Assembly: GCA_039621445.1 (NCBI GenBank)
Contig: CP154954.1
Coordinates: forward strand, 23,014,954 to 23,078,953
DNA length: 64,000 bases
Source of the DNA: Euglena gracilis
Taxonomy: Eukaryota
Direction: 5' to 3'
Translations under genes and position numbers: made by a program
Notes under the pieces: model-generated
What the model saw: only the letters and a program-made list of their open reading frames with translations
Told to the model about the DNA's origin: nothing
Databases searched by the model: none
Shown: positions 48,921 through 61,600 of the stretch, one piece after another
Layout of the letters: the number at the start of each line of letters is the position of its first letter
Numbering within the stretch: the first letter of the stretch is position 1

Positions 48921-49359
48921 TGTGTACCAGGTAGCCGTAAGGCCATGGTACTGTGTATGTAGGTATAAGCCTACGGCCAGATATAGCTCTGAGCCCCATA
49001 CACAGTACTATGCTAGGTGGTATTCCTACAGATGGCCAACGGCCTGAGTTAGGAATAACTCAGCCTAATTCTGGTTCTCCCCTCCACAGGTGGTATTTTA
49101 TTCCACTCTGGTCTTTGATTCAAGACTTGATTTTCAAGTTCGATTTTTCTCATTATGAAGTCCTGACAGGACACCCAAGTCACTTGGCACTTTTCCTTGT
49201 CGTAGCCCATAGGGCTTCTGCCCCGTCTTGTGCTCTGCCTCTTAATTGGTGAAAAGGGCGAACAACTTTCATATCATTCTTTTCAATTTTTCCGTTACTC
49301 CAACTTTTATTCATTTGCGCACCAAAGGGCGAAAGCGAGGAAAAGGCTGGACGTACACT
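48921..49359 (+). repeat. Element E 5' LTR (~439 bp)
   Basis: TGTGTACCAGG..GGACGTACAC[T]; terminal inverted repeat; directly followed by PBS. Confidence 0.75.
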
Positions 49360-49392
49360 TGGTAGCAGTGTAGGTTTTCGATCCTTTTGACC
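49360..49392 (+). promoter_or_regulatory. Element E primer-binding site, initiator tRNA-Met type
   Basis: TGGTAGCAGTGTAGGTTTTCGATCCTTTTGACC resembles the iMet complement TGGTAGCAGAGGATGGTTTCGATCCATCGACC. Confidence 0.8.
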
Positions 49393-49639
49393 GCAAACGG
49401 TCGTGTGGTGCCCGCCTATAGGCAAACACAGGCACTACAAGCCGTTTCCGGCCAAAGCCGTACGCACGGACACGTCCTCTGACGGTTCGCAGTATACACT
49501 GCTTCAAACCTCAGAGTGCCGGTCTCTGCTTACTTTATATAATATCCCCTCTTTTTGCACTTGTTTCTGCATTTTACCCCGCAATCTACACTTAGTTTTT
49601 GTGTTAGTGCCTCAAAAACGCAGAGCACAACGCCCATTG

Positions 49640-52600
49640 ATTATGCAGCATTGATTGGTTCACTTCGTGGACTTGAACCTGCAGCATCATTGTCTAGCTC
49701 TAATGAGCATTCACAACCCCATAGGGGTACACATGCATTGAATCATTTCAAAGGTAATCCTCCTTCCCAGCGTGTGTCACACCTATCGGTGTCTGTGTCG
49801 AGTTCTCCTCCCCCCGCTCAATGGGCAGCCCCACACCTATCGGTGTCATGCTCTATAGAGGAACCCAATGCCCAACAGGCACAACCTCTTTTGTTGGAAA
49901 GCCGATCGGCTAACGCCCATTCCTCCCGGCAAGATCTCGCACTGGTGCCGATAGGCACATTCGACTCTGAGGCGGATACGCCACGGCCATTTTTTGTATA
50001 GGGTGGGTTAGAAACACCATGTTTCTTTCAGCTCCCCCCCCTAAGCTTCCCCCTACAAGTGCGATTGGACAACTGCCCGCACCACCCGATACGGGTTCTT
50101 TTCCGGCATTGCCATGGCACTCGGAGATGCGTTTAACAGTTCCGGCTTATACAAGTCCCACAGAGTCTATGAGCAGTGATGCGGAAGAGTTGGAAAATAT
50201 TTCCCCTCAACCCATTACCGTGATTCAGCGCATAGTCGCAAATATTCCAGTGGACCACCCGCTAACGCGGCAAATTTCCCATGTCCACACTTGTGTAGCG
50301 GATTGTGCTATGACACTTAACAAGGTTTTGGATTTTGATGAAAACAACCAAAAGGTTGTAGAACACAAGCTGAATTACCTTTGGAGTTATGTGCGTGATG
50401 TTGGTCAATATTGCCAAACAATCTTTCAATCCACCAATGTGGACCTAGCAAATTTGCGTCAAGGTTTGGACACACATTTGCAGGCACATTTGCCACAACA
50501 CTTCCAAAAAGTGAGTGAAACCATGTGTGAAACACAATCCCGCAATGATGCGATTTTCTCGAACATGCAATATAGTTTGAAAGCTTTATCACACCATTTT
50601 TTCCACAATTGCAGCAAAAGTTGCATGAACCCCCTATCAAAAATCCAGATTTGGGACAATTTATCACATAGGAGCAATTCTCCACACTTGCATCTGCATT
50701 TCAGGAGGCGCAACAGCGCATTTTCCAGTTAAGCGGTGATTCCGCGAATTTAGCCCACTTTTCTGCCCAAACCAATGAACGTTTTTTCCCCCCGCACGTA
50801 TGTGCAACAATTGGAGAAAACACTTTCTCGATTGGAGCAGAAATTTTGCCATTGTGTTGAGATTCCTGCTGAAATTGCCAGTTTTCACACCCGAATCGCG
50901 AATATCGCGAGTAGGATTGAGAATTTGCAACAACCGTGGCAGAATGACACAATGGAATTCCGAACCGAAATGGCGGATTTGCAGAGCCGCAATGCGGCAA
51001 CCCGTGCACCAACACCAGATATTAGCGGACTCAAGGCCACCATGTCCGATTTGCACAAACAGTTGCAACAGGATGTTGGTAACATTGAAGCCTCATTGGC
51101 TAATTGGCTAAGTTGCACACCCGTTATGCGGAAGTAGCTGGTGGGATCCCGGATGTTACCGGCATTCACACCTCGATAGCGGATTTGAACAAACGTATGC
51201 AAGAAATGAGCTCAAAAATGCTTCAGGTGCAATCACCACCCCAAGGCTCATTGCCTTTACCAACACCTACCCCCACACTCCCAAACACCCACTTGGACCA
51301 GATTCGCGCTGAAATGCGCACGGAAAAACACCAAATCATGCAAGGATTTTGTGACAGTCTCATGAACACCGAGAAAAAGGCAAAGCAGGATGTCACAAAA
51401 CTGCAAAATGACCTTATCGCGCTATCCGCGCAAGTTTCAGTGTTGCAGAAACAGCCGACGGCTGAAAAAGTCAAAGATCCGCATTCGGACCAACACACCA
51501 AGCCATCTCCACAATTGGAGAACATTTCCAGTGCGATGCGCACTTTGGTGACAAGAGTACAGGAATTGGACACTGGGTTTGGTGCAATTTCGTACAATTT
51601 TCAGTTGATTTCCCACAAAATGCCGCTTTTGGATGAGCTATCCTCATACCGTAGGTGGATTAAGCGTTTGCAGGAGGATGTGGGTCAGATAACCGACAAT
51701 TGGCAGGTTGTTCACCATTTGGAGCAAAGTGTGCATGAATTTGCAACAGCTTTGGACTAAATTCACGCACAATTGCGTTCCATCCACCAAAACCCGCAAT
51801 CAGGTATGGTTGGCGCACTTGCCACATCTTCCAGCTCCAAAAGCGCTATTCGCGCACCAATTCCCGAGTCCACAGACACATTGCCACCAAATCGCGTTTC
51901 CGCTCATGCGGTGGTTTCCCCATTAGCATTACCAGTCCCAAATGGACGAATTCTCGGAAGATGAGTCGGTTTTTCAAGCGAAAACCAGACTCACCCCCCT
52001 CTTAAATCAGGAGATTCGCGAATCCGAACTAATTCGTGGTATGATCCGCACCCCCACACCGGGTATTGGTCATACCTCCCAAATTCGCTTAGTAGCACAA
52101 TGGTGCAACTATGTGATACCTCACCCCCACATGCGCAACCGCATCACCATTCGCGCAATCACGATTCCCCGAATTTGCATGGTACCTATAGTACACTAAG
52201 TGGTATGTTCCATGCGCATTCGCAAAATAACCCGAACAATACCCTTGGTGCAACCACCGGTGTACCAGCACATGGTGCAATTTCGCACCCGGGCCCACAC
52301 CCCTGGAATACCACCGAAGGGCCACGGGTTTCTGAGAAAGATTTCAAAGGCACCATCACGATAGCGAACAAGGTGAAGCCCCAATGGGACAGTGACCCCA
52401 CCACATGGAAACAATTTTTCCGCGACTGGGAATATTTTTGGGATTTGAAGGGACCCACCAAAGATGACAACCCGGAGGTAATCAAGATGGAATTCATCGA
52501 TTTCCTCCCAAGGGATGAAAAAGAACGCGCCAAACAATTAGTCATTGGCAGGCGCATTTCTTTTGAAGAATTGGTTGAGCAATATGCTTCCTCATGCTCC

Positions 52601-53760
52601 AGTTTGGTTTCCAGAATCAGTCTGGAAAACAAATGGCGGCAATTCACCCCCCCCCGGACTGCAAATGGATGTCGATAGACTTGTGGTCTTAGCAGCCGAG
52701 GTTGATGAGTTAGGGGAAAAGCAAATCAAAGAACAATTTGATTCAGTATTACTGCGCTACATCCCCAAACTCGTCAAGGAAATTCAACGCGAGGAACTCG
52801 CGGGACACATTTTGACTCTCGATGAGAGATTGAAGTACATTTCCAAACAAATGGACAGATCCAATCGGCATATCACCACCACCCTACCGCGGGTGTACCT
52901 ACCAGTTCCGTCCATGCAGTCCAAAGGACTACCTCCCCAAAATCACCAAAATCACCATCGAGTGAGTCCAAAACGCGCTATCCGCGCTCAAACCCCAAAT
53001 CCCCGACACGGGAATCCAAATCGCGCTATTCGCGCTCTTCTGATCACGTTTGGACAAAGTGTGCTTTTTGTGTAATCAACCAGGACATATTTCTCGCGAA
53101 TGTCCTAATCCCCTAGCGCGAAAGCGCAGTAAAAGCCCCTGAGGATCCCTCTCTTCTTGGAGTTCGCGTTCCTCACGATCTGCGCATTTGCAAGGGTCGG
53201 GATACCGATCGGGTGATGCTATCCCGTTCACCCCACCGCAATAGCGGACGTGGTTTCACACCGCGTGGTCGGTCCCCCCGCCGCCCTACCCGCAATCGGG
53301 ATACAAATCGCGATTCTTCGCGATCTCGGTCTCGAAGTGGATCATCCTCTTCGCGATCCGATCGCAGTCGAGCGGATACCCGCTCCCCACGTCGTTATGA
53401 TGCCAAAAGGCAATCGCAGCCGCTAACGCGTTGTTCCCTTTGTGGGTCTAAAGACCATCATTCATCCAAGTGCCCCCATCCCGTTCTCCCCGCCACAGCC
53501 ATGGTCATCGCGATTCCAATCGCGGTTCTGCCAATGGGCAGAAGGTTGGTTTCAAGATATCCTCTATCGAGGAAAAAGACCTGGTTTCGGGCAGGGAGGG
53601 GGATGATAGCACCGAGGATGAGTTGGTGGAAGACAGGAATGCGATTCGCGGGATACTCGCAATTTACTCTAGGAAGTCCACCATAGGCCAAAAGGCCGAC
53701 GCTGATATGGATGGGGAGCCTGAGGTCTGAGGGCACGGACCTCTGGGCTGATGAACAGAT
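49640..53760 (+). pseudogene. gag: E gag, fragmented; two CCHC knuckles separated by an RS-rich tract
   Basis: WKQFFRDWEYFW; CFLCNQPGHISREC (~53060); CSLCGSKDHHSSKC (~53430). Confidence 0.78.
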
Positions 53761-53989
53761 TTAGGTAGGAACTGGTCACCCCGGCCCTCCCTGCCCATCG
53801 GTCTTTTTGGTCGGTACCCGGAAAATTTTCGGGTCCCCCACTCCGCGTCAAATTTTTGCTTGGAAGGTTGAGCAAAGTAAGCAAAACGTCATGGAACAGC
53901 TGGCGCGACAACAAATTTACACCCGACCCTTCGCTTTGCGTACCCCCCATGGTACTTTTGGTCCAGGCGAAAATCACAACGCAAAATGT

Positions 53990-54320
53990 TTGTGCACAAG
54001 CCAAAATTTTAGTCGACACAGGGTGTCGAATCCCCCTTCTTTTCGGCAAAGGACTTATACTCACCCCCCTCTTGGTTCATGCAAAGAATCCCATCAAAAT
54101 TATAACTGCAGACAACAGCCACGTGTGCGGTGGTGAAATGGGATGCATTTTGGACATAGTCCTCCCCATTATCCCCAAGCACCACACACACACCCCACAA
54201 TTCTAAACTTTTCCTGGTACTTGGGTATTCGAGGCGAACATCGCCGGTTCTGACTTCATACTCGGTTTTACATTCCTACAGCAACACCGATTGGTGGTGG
54301 ATTGTCCTTCGCACGGTTTG
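53990..54320 (+). pseudogene. pol: E aspartic protease
   Basis: ILVDTGC..IITADNS..SDFILGFTFL. Confidence 0.8.
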
Positions 54321-55001
54321 CGCACTACCCCCCGCACACACACCACACCCCCAAACGTGTTCCCCGTGACGTCACCCAGGACGTCCCCCCGCATTTCCAC
54401 AACGTTTTCCACAATCGAAAACACCGTTTCCAACCCTAGGGGTAAAGAGAAAGCTGCCCCCCTACCCATCGCACTTTTACCGCCCGTCTCCCATGCGGTA
54501 GGGAAAGCCAGGAATTTTCCCCCCCTACACCTGGTAGTGGTACCTATACACTTGGTACGGATTTAATACATAACCAAAAGGTACACAGCGGTGGTACCAT
54601 GGGTGATACACCCATCAGTACACCTGGTAGTTATTTAAGGCTCACAAATACACTTGGCAGCTTTTCGCAATTCGCGAAAGTGAATCAAGCACCACAGTGC
54701 AAAGGCATAGCCTCCGTTTTCGGATTTGCGTATAGCGCTCCCCATGCGCCTATGGCGCTCTCCAACGCCCCCGCGCATATCGCGCTTGCCGCACATAGTG
54801 CGAATCCCGCGCATATCGCGCATTCCGCACTATCGCGCATCACTGATGACCAGGTATATGCCCAACCGACCCATACCCCACCTGGATCGAGTCCTATGGA
54901 CATGTGTGTGGATGATTCACAACTCCTTTGTTCTGTGTTACAGCGTGTTCCCCCCCTTTCAGGATGTTGAGCAGATCGCCGAGTACACCAAGGATACCTG
55001 A

Positions 55002-55430
55002 AATACGTTTCAATTTGGTGAATACCAAATATTGAAACATTGGTTTTCAAAAGTCGCCGATATGGCGGATTTTTTTGATTTGACCTTGGAAATTGATGCA
55101 TTGTCTTACAACGCGCATTCGCGTTTACCGCGACATTGGTCGCAAATTCTAATGCCTTTGATAAGATTTGGGGAGACACTATCCTACGGATGCATCCGCC
55201 CCTAAAACTTATCCCGCTTGTTGTAGGTAAGATTTTCAAGGATCAAGCGCGAGGGGCATTACTTGTTCCTGTGAATCCCGAAGCGGAATGGTTTCAAAAT
55301 TCGACTTATGTCACATTTTATTGGTAAGGCCTACCAAACGATGTACCTCTATTCGAGGATTTCCGTGGAGTGGTACTACCACTTTTTCAAGAAATCATTT
55401 TCCGTGTTTGTTTCTTTGATGCTTTCAATG
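55002..55430 (+). pseudogene. E N6-MTase-like domain between PR and RT (one frameshift, one stop)
   Basis: GEYQI..EIDALSYNAHSRLPRHWS/NSNAFDKIWGDTILRMHPPLKLIPLVVGKIFKDQARGALLVP..EWF..PLFE..FRVCFF aligns end to end with the ORF at 328-918. Confidence 0.78.
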
Positions 55431-55630
55431 TTTCTCAATCTCCACCCCTGAATGTTACTGTGTTGGATCATACCGACCATGTGGGAGCCGATACGGCTTT
55501 TGTCCATAATGCCGATAGGCATCACCGTTCGGGACCCCCTATGGTCGATATGACCCATAAACAGGTTTCCGCTGTCATTGAAAGTGCAGGACAGCACCCA
55601 AGTTCAGCAGAATTTTGTACGCACATCAGT

Positions 55631-58600
55631 CGCGAATTTTCTGAGGTTTTGGAAAATCCTGTTTACGCTTGCGATATAAGTCCCGCTATCCGCGGACCTT
55701 TTGGAGGTTGTAAGATTAAGCTTAAGGAAGGCGCAAAGCCAATGCATCGGAAATTTTTCCACTGTTCAGGAGAAAGAGAGATAGCTCTCAATGAAATGAT
55801 TGAAAAGCTCATAGAGCGGAAGTGGATCATCCCCTCCAAAAGTGAATGGACCTCTCAAGCTTTTGTTTCCTAAGCCCCAGGCCCATCAGGTCAGAAAACG
55901 TGGAGGCTAGTACTGGATTATCGGTACTTAAATTCACAAGCTAAGGATGACCCATTCCCGTTACATCTAATAGAGGACCTCATCGCAAAACAAGCGGATA
56001 ACCGCTTCTGGTCAATTTTCGACCTTGAGGATGGCTTCCACCAAATGCATCTGGATCCTGATTCGCAAGCCTATACGGCTTTTGCAACATCCAAAGGTGC
56101 TTACCAATGGACAGTTTTACCAATGGGTGTTAAGAATGGACCAGAAATGTTTCAGCGCATGATCCAATGGGTCTTACAGGATCTACCGTTTGCGCTGGTA
56201 TACATTGATGATGTTTTGGTTGGTACCCCCCCTCGTTCAGCGAATACACACGAAAATATTCTGGACATTCACTATCGTGATGTTCGCGCGGTAATATCCG
56301 CATTTCTCAAGCATAGACTTTTTGTCAAAGGTGCTAAAATGCACTTATTTCGCGAAACGATAAAGTGTTGCGGTCACATTCTGAATACTGGCCAACGCCG
56401 AGCGGCGCCTAGCAAACTAGAGGCCATTAAGAAATGGACACCCAACGTCACCAAGACCATAACCAATTTAAAGGATCTTTGGGTTTAGCCCAATATTACG
56501 CGATTTACATGAAAGATTTTGCGAAAATCGCGGTACCTCTGACGAGGCAACTCAAAAATCGCGCACCCGAGAGTACAAAAATCAAATGGGACGCATATAT
56601 GCGTGAAGTTCTAGAGAGCATTAAAAAGCTAATGCTTGAAAATGTTGTACTCGACATCGCGGATCCCTACAAGCCTTACGTGCTAGAAGTCGATAGCAGC
56701 GATTATACTATAGGCGGAGTTCTAAGCCAGCATAACGCGGCTAACAAATTACGCCCTGTAGCATTCTTCAGTAGAAAGCTACAAGGTGAAGAGAGCAAAG
56801 GACAAGTCAAATGGAGTATCCGTGAGAATGAAACGTACACAATCGTACTTATTTTGCAAAAATTCCGTAGCTGGGTCGCCAGTTCCTTGGGAAAAATACT
56901 GGTGTTGACTGATCATGAGAGTCTTCAACACTGGTATACCGGGGATCTGAACAAAGCCATGTCATCCGTAGGCCGAAGATGCCGATGGCATAAATTTTAA
57001 AGTCAATTCAACCTAGTGTATACCCCTGGCCATACACAGAAAGTAGCAGACCCGCTTAGTCGAGCACCCTGGCATTACCCCGGTAACCCGGATGAAGGTG
57101 AGGCCACCTTTCATGGCAGCCAAGAGGCTGATGAATATGCACGTCGATATGACGCAGCCGACGATATGTTGGATTATTTTCCCGTTTCATCGATTTTTCG
57201 TTCGTTGCCAGTCTCTCTTATACGGTTGAGAAGGCGACGAGGCCGCACTCCTGGCCCCCGTCGCATTACGCGATCTGAATCTCCTTCCCCCCTCTTCTTT
57301 CGTGAATGGGATTATTAACATGACCCTGTATATTGCACGACAGTGCACAGACTGCGCAATGGCGAGGCTGTGCATAATTATTCCCTTTCCCCTTTACGGT
57401 TGGTTTACCGTGATGATGCGGGATATAAATATTGTATACCCCGTGACTTGGTTGATGAAGTACTTTTGTGTTATCACAACCAAGATCACCCTGGGGTCCC
57501 CAAACTTCTTTCTTTGGTGGGTCGCAGGTATTGTACAACCCTGAAAGAAAAAGAGTTGCCTTCGCGCTGCTTGAAAATTTCGCAACGGTGCCAAGTTTGT
57601 CGCGAATTTTCTGGTCTTTTGGAAAATCCTGTTTACGCTTGCGACATAGATCCCGCTATCCCCGGACCTTTTGGAGTTTGTAAGATTGAGCTTATGGAAG
57701 GCGCAAAGCAAATGCATCGGAAATTTTTCCGCTGTTCAGGAGAAAGAGAGATAGCTCTCAATGAAATGATTGAAAAGCTCATAGAGCGGAAGTGGATCAT
57801 CCCTTCCAAAAGTGAATGGACCTCCCAAGCTTTTGTGGTTCCTAAGCCCCCAGACCCATCAGGTCAGAAAAAGTGGAGGCTAGTACTGGATTATCGATAC
57901 TTAAATTCACAAACTAAGGATGACCCATTCCCGTTACATCTAATAGAGGACCTCATCGCAAAACAAGCGGATAACCGCTTCTGGTCAATTTTCGACCTGG
58001 AGGATGGTTTCACCAAATGCATCTGGATCCCGATTCGCAAGCCTGTACGGCTTTTGTAACATCCAAAGGTGTTTACCAATGGACAGTTTTACCAATGGGT
58101 GTTAAGAATGGACCAGCAACGTTTCAGCGCATGATCCAATGGGTCTTACGGGATTTACCGTTTGCGCTGGTATACATTGATGATGTTTTGGTTGGTACCC
58201 CCCCTCCTTCAGCGAATACACGCGACAGTATTCTCGACATTCACTATCGTGATGTTCACGCGGTATTAGCCGCATTTCTCAAGCATAGTCTTTTTGTCAA
58301 AGTGCTAAAATGCACTTTTTTCGCGAAACGATAAAGTTTTTCGGTCACATTCTGAATAATGGCCAACGCCGAGCGGCGCGTAGCAAACTAGAGGCCATTA
58401 AGAAATGGACACCCGAGGTCATCAAGACCATAACTAATTTGAAAGGTTTTTTGGGATTTGCCCAATATTACGCGATTTACATGAAAGATTTCGCGAAAAT
58501 CGCGGTACCTCTGACGGGGCAACTCAAAAATCGCGCACCCGAGAGTACAAAAATCAAATGGGACGCAAATATTCGTGAAGCTCTAGAGACCATTAAAAAG

Positions 58601-61600
58601 CTAATGCTTGAAAATGTCGTACTCGACATCGCGGATCCCTACAAGCCTTACGTGCTAGAAGTCGATAGCAGCGATTATACTATAGGCGGAGTTCTAAGCC
58701 AGCATAACGCGGCTAACAAATTACGCCCTGTAGCATTCTTCAGTAGAAAGCTACAAGGTGAAGAGAGCAAAGGACAAGTCAAATGGAGTATCCGTGAGAA
58801 TGAAACGTACGCAATCGTACTTATTTTGCAAAAATTCCGTAGCTGGGTCGCCAGTTCCTTGGTAAAAATACTGGTGTTGACTGATCATGAGAGTCTTCAA
58901 CACTGGTATACCGAGGATCTGAACAAGGCCATGTTATCCGTATGCCGAAGATGCCGATGGCATGAATTTTTAAGCCAATTCAACCTAGTGTATACCCCTG
59001 GCCATACACAGAAAGTAGCAGACCCGCTTAGTCGAGCACCGTGGCATTACCCCGGTAACCCGGATGAAGGTGAGGCCACCTTTCGTGGCAGCCAAGAGGC
59101 TGATGAATATGCACGTCGATATGACGCAGCCGACGATATGTTAGATTATTTTCCCGTTTCATCGATTTTTCGTTCATTGCCAGTCCCTCTTATACGGTGG
59201 AGAAGGCGACGAGGCCGCACTCCTGGCCCCCGTCGCATTACGCGATCTGAATCTCCTTCCCCCCTCTTCTTTCGTGAATGGGATTATTAACATGACCCTG
59301 TATATAGCACGACAGTGCACAGACTGCGCAATGGCGAGGCTGTACATAATTATTCCCTTTCCCCTTTACGGTTGGTTTACCGTGATGATGCGTGATATAA
59401 ATATTGTATACCCCGTGACTTGGTTGATGAAGTACTTTTGTGTTATCACAACCAAGATCACCCTGGGGTCCCCAAACTTCTTTCTTTGTTGGGTCGCAGG
59501 TATTGTACAACCCTGAAAGAAAAAGAGTTGCCTTCGCGCTGCTTGAAAATTTCGCAACGGTGCCAAGTTTGTCGCGAATTTTCTGGTCTTTTGGAAAATC
59601 CTGTTTACGCTTGCGATATAGATCCCGCTATCCCCGGACCTTTTGGAGTTTGTAAGATTGAGCTTATGGAAGGCGCAAAGCCAATGCATCGGAAATTTTT
59701 CCGCTGTTCAGGAGAAAGAGAGATAGCTCTCAATGAAATGATTGAAAAGCTCATAGAGCGGAAGTGGATCATCCCTTCCAAAAGTGAATGGACCTCCCAA
59801 GCTTTTGTGGTTCCTAAGCCCCCAGACCCATCAGGTCAGAAAAAGTGGAGGCTAGCACTGGATTATCGGTACTTAAATTCACAAACCAAGGATGACCCAT
59901 TCCCGTTACCTCTAATAGAGGACCTCATCGCAAAACAAGCGGATAACCGCTTCTGGTCAATTTTCGACCTGGAGGATGGTTTCCACCAAATGCATCTGGA
60001 TCCCGATTCGCAAGCCTATACGGCTTTTGTAACATCCAAAGGTGTTTACCAATGGACAGTTTTACCAATGGGTGTTAAGAATGGACCAGCAATGTTTCAG
60101 CGCATGATCCAATGGGTCTTACGGGATTTACCGTTTGCGCTGGTATACATTGATGATGTTTTGGTTGGTACCCCCCTCGTTCAGCGAATACACACGAGAA
60201 TATTCTCGACATTCACTATCGTGATGTTAGTGCGGTATTAGCCGCATTTCTCAAGCATAGACTTTTTGTCAAAGTGCTAAAATGCACTTATTTCGCGAAA
60301 CGATAAAGTTTCGCGGTCACATTCTCAATAATGGCCAACGCCGAGCGGCGCCTAGCAAACTAGAGGCCATTAAGAAATGGACACCCGAGGTCATCAAGAC
60401 CATAACCACTTTGAAAGGATTTTTGGGATTTGCCCAATATTACGCGATTTACATGAAAGATTTCGCGAAAATCGCGGTACCTCTGACGAGGCAACTCAAA
60501 AATCGCGCACCCGAGAGTACAAAAATCAAATGGGACGCAGATATGCGTGAAGCTCTAGAGAGCATTAAAAAGCTAATGCTTGAAAATGTCGTACTCGACA
60601 TCGCGGATCCCTACAAGCCTTACGTGCTAGAAGTCGATAGCAGCGATTATACTATAGGCGGAGTTCTAAGCCAGCATAACGCGGCTAACAAACTACGCCC
60701 TGTAGCATTCTTCAGTAGAAAGCTACAAGGTGAGGAGAGCAAAGGACAAGTCCAATGGAGTATCCGTGAGAATGAAACGTACGCAATCGTACTTATTTTG
60801 CAAATATTCTGTAGCTGGGTCGCCAGTTCCTTGGTACAAATACTGGTGTTGACTGATCATGAGAGTCTTCAACACTGGTATACCGAGGATCTGAACAAAG
60901 CCATGTCATCCGTAGGCCGAAGATGCCGATGGCATGAATTTTTAAGCCAATTCAACCTAGTGTATACCCCTGGCCATACACAGAAAGTAGCAGACCCGCT
61001 TAGTCGAGCGCCCTGGCATTACCCCGGTAACCCGGATGAAGGTGAGGCCACCTTTCATGGCAGCCAAGAGGCTGATGAATATGCACGTCGATATGACGCA
61101 GCCGACGATATGTTGGATTATTTTCCCGTTTCATCGATTTTTCGTTCGTTGCCAGTCTCTCTTATACGGTGGAGAAGGCGACGAGGCCGCACTCCTGGCC
61201 CCCGTCGCATTACGCGATCTGAATCTCCTTCCCCCCTCTTCTTTCGTGAATGGGATTATTAACATGACCCTGTATATAGCACGACAGTGCACAGACTGCG
61301 CAATGGCGAGGCTGTACATAATTATTCCCTTTCCCCTTTACGGTTGGTTTACCGTGATGATGCGTGATATAAATATTGTATACCCCGTGACTTGGTTGAT
61401 GAAGTACTTTTGTGTTACCACAACCAAGATCACCCTGTGGTCCCCAAACTTCTTTCTTTGGTGGGTCGCAGGTATTGTACAACCCTGAAAGAAAAAGAGT
61501 TGCCTTCGCGCTGCTTGAAAATTTCGCAACGGTGCCAAGTTTGTCGCAAATTTTCTGGTCTTTTGGAATATCCTGTTTACGCTTGCGATATAGATCCCGC

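Noticed and set aside
49360-49392. tRNA gene
   Set aside because: Only a 3'-end complement including CCA next to an LTR, i.e. a PBS
53725-53810. Readthrough signal at the E/D2 gag-pol junction
   Set aside because: Both copies are too degenerate to fix the frame or the true stop
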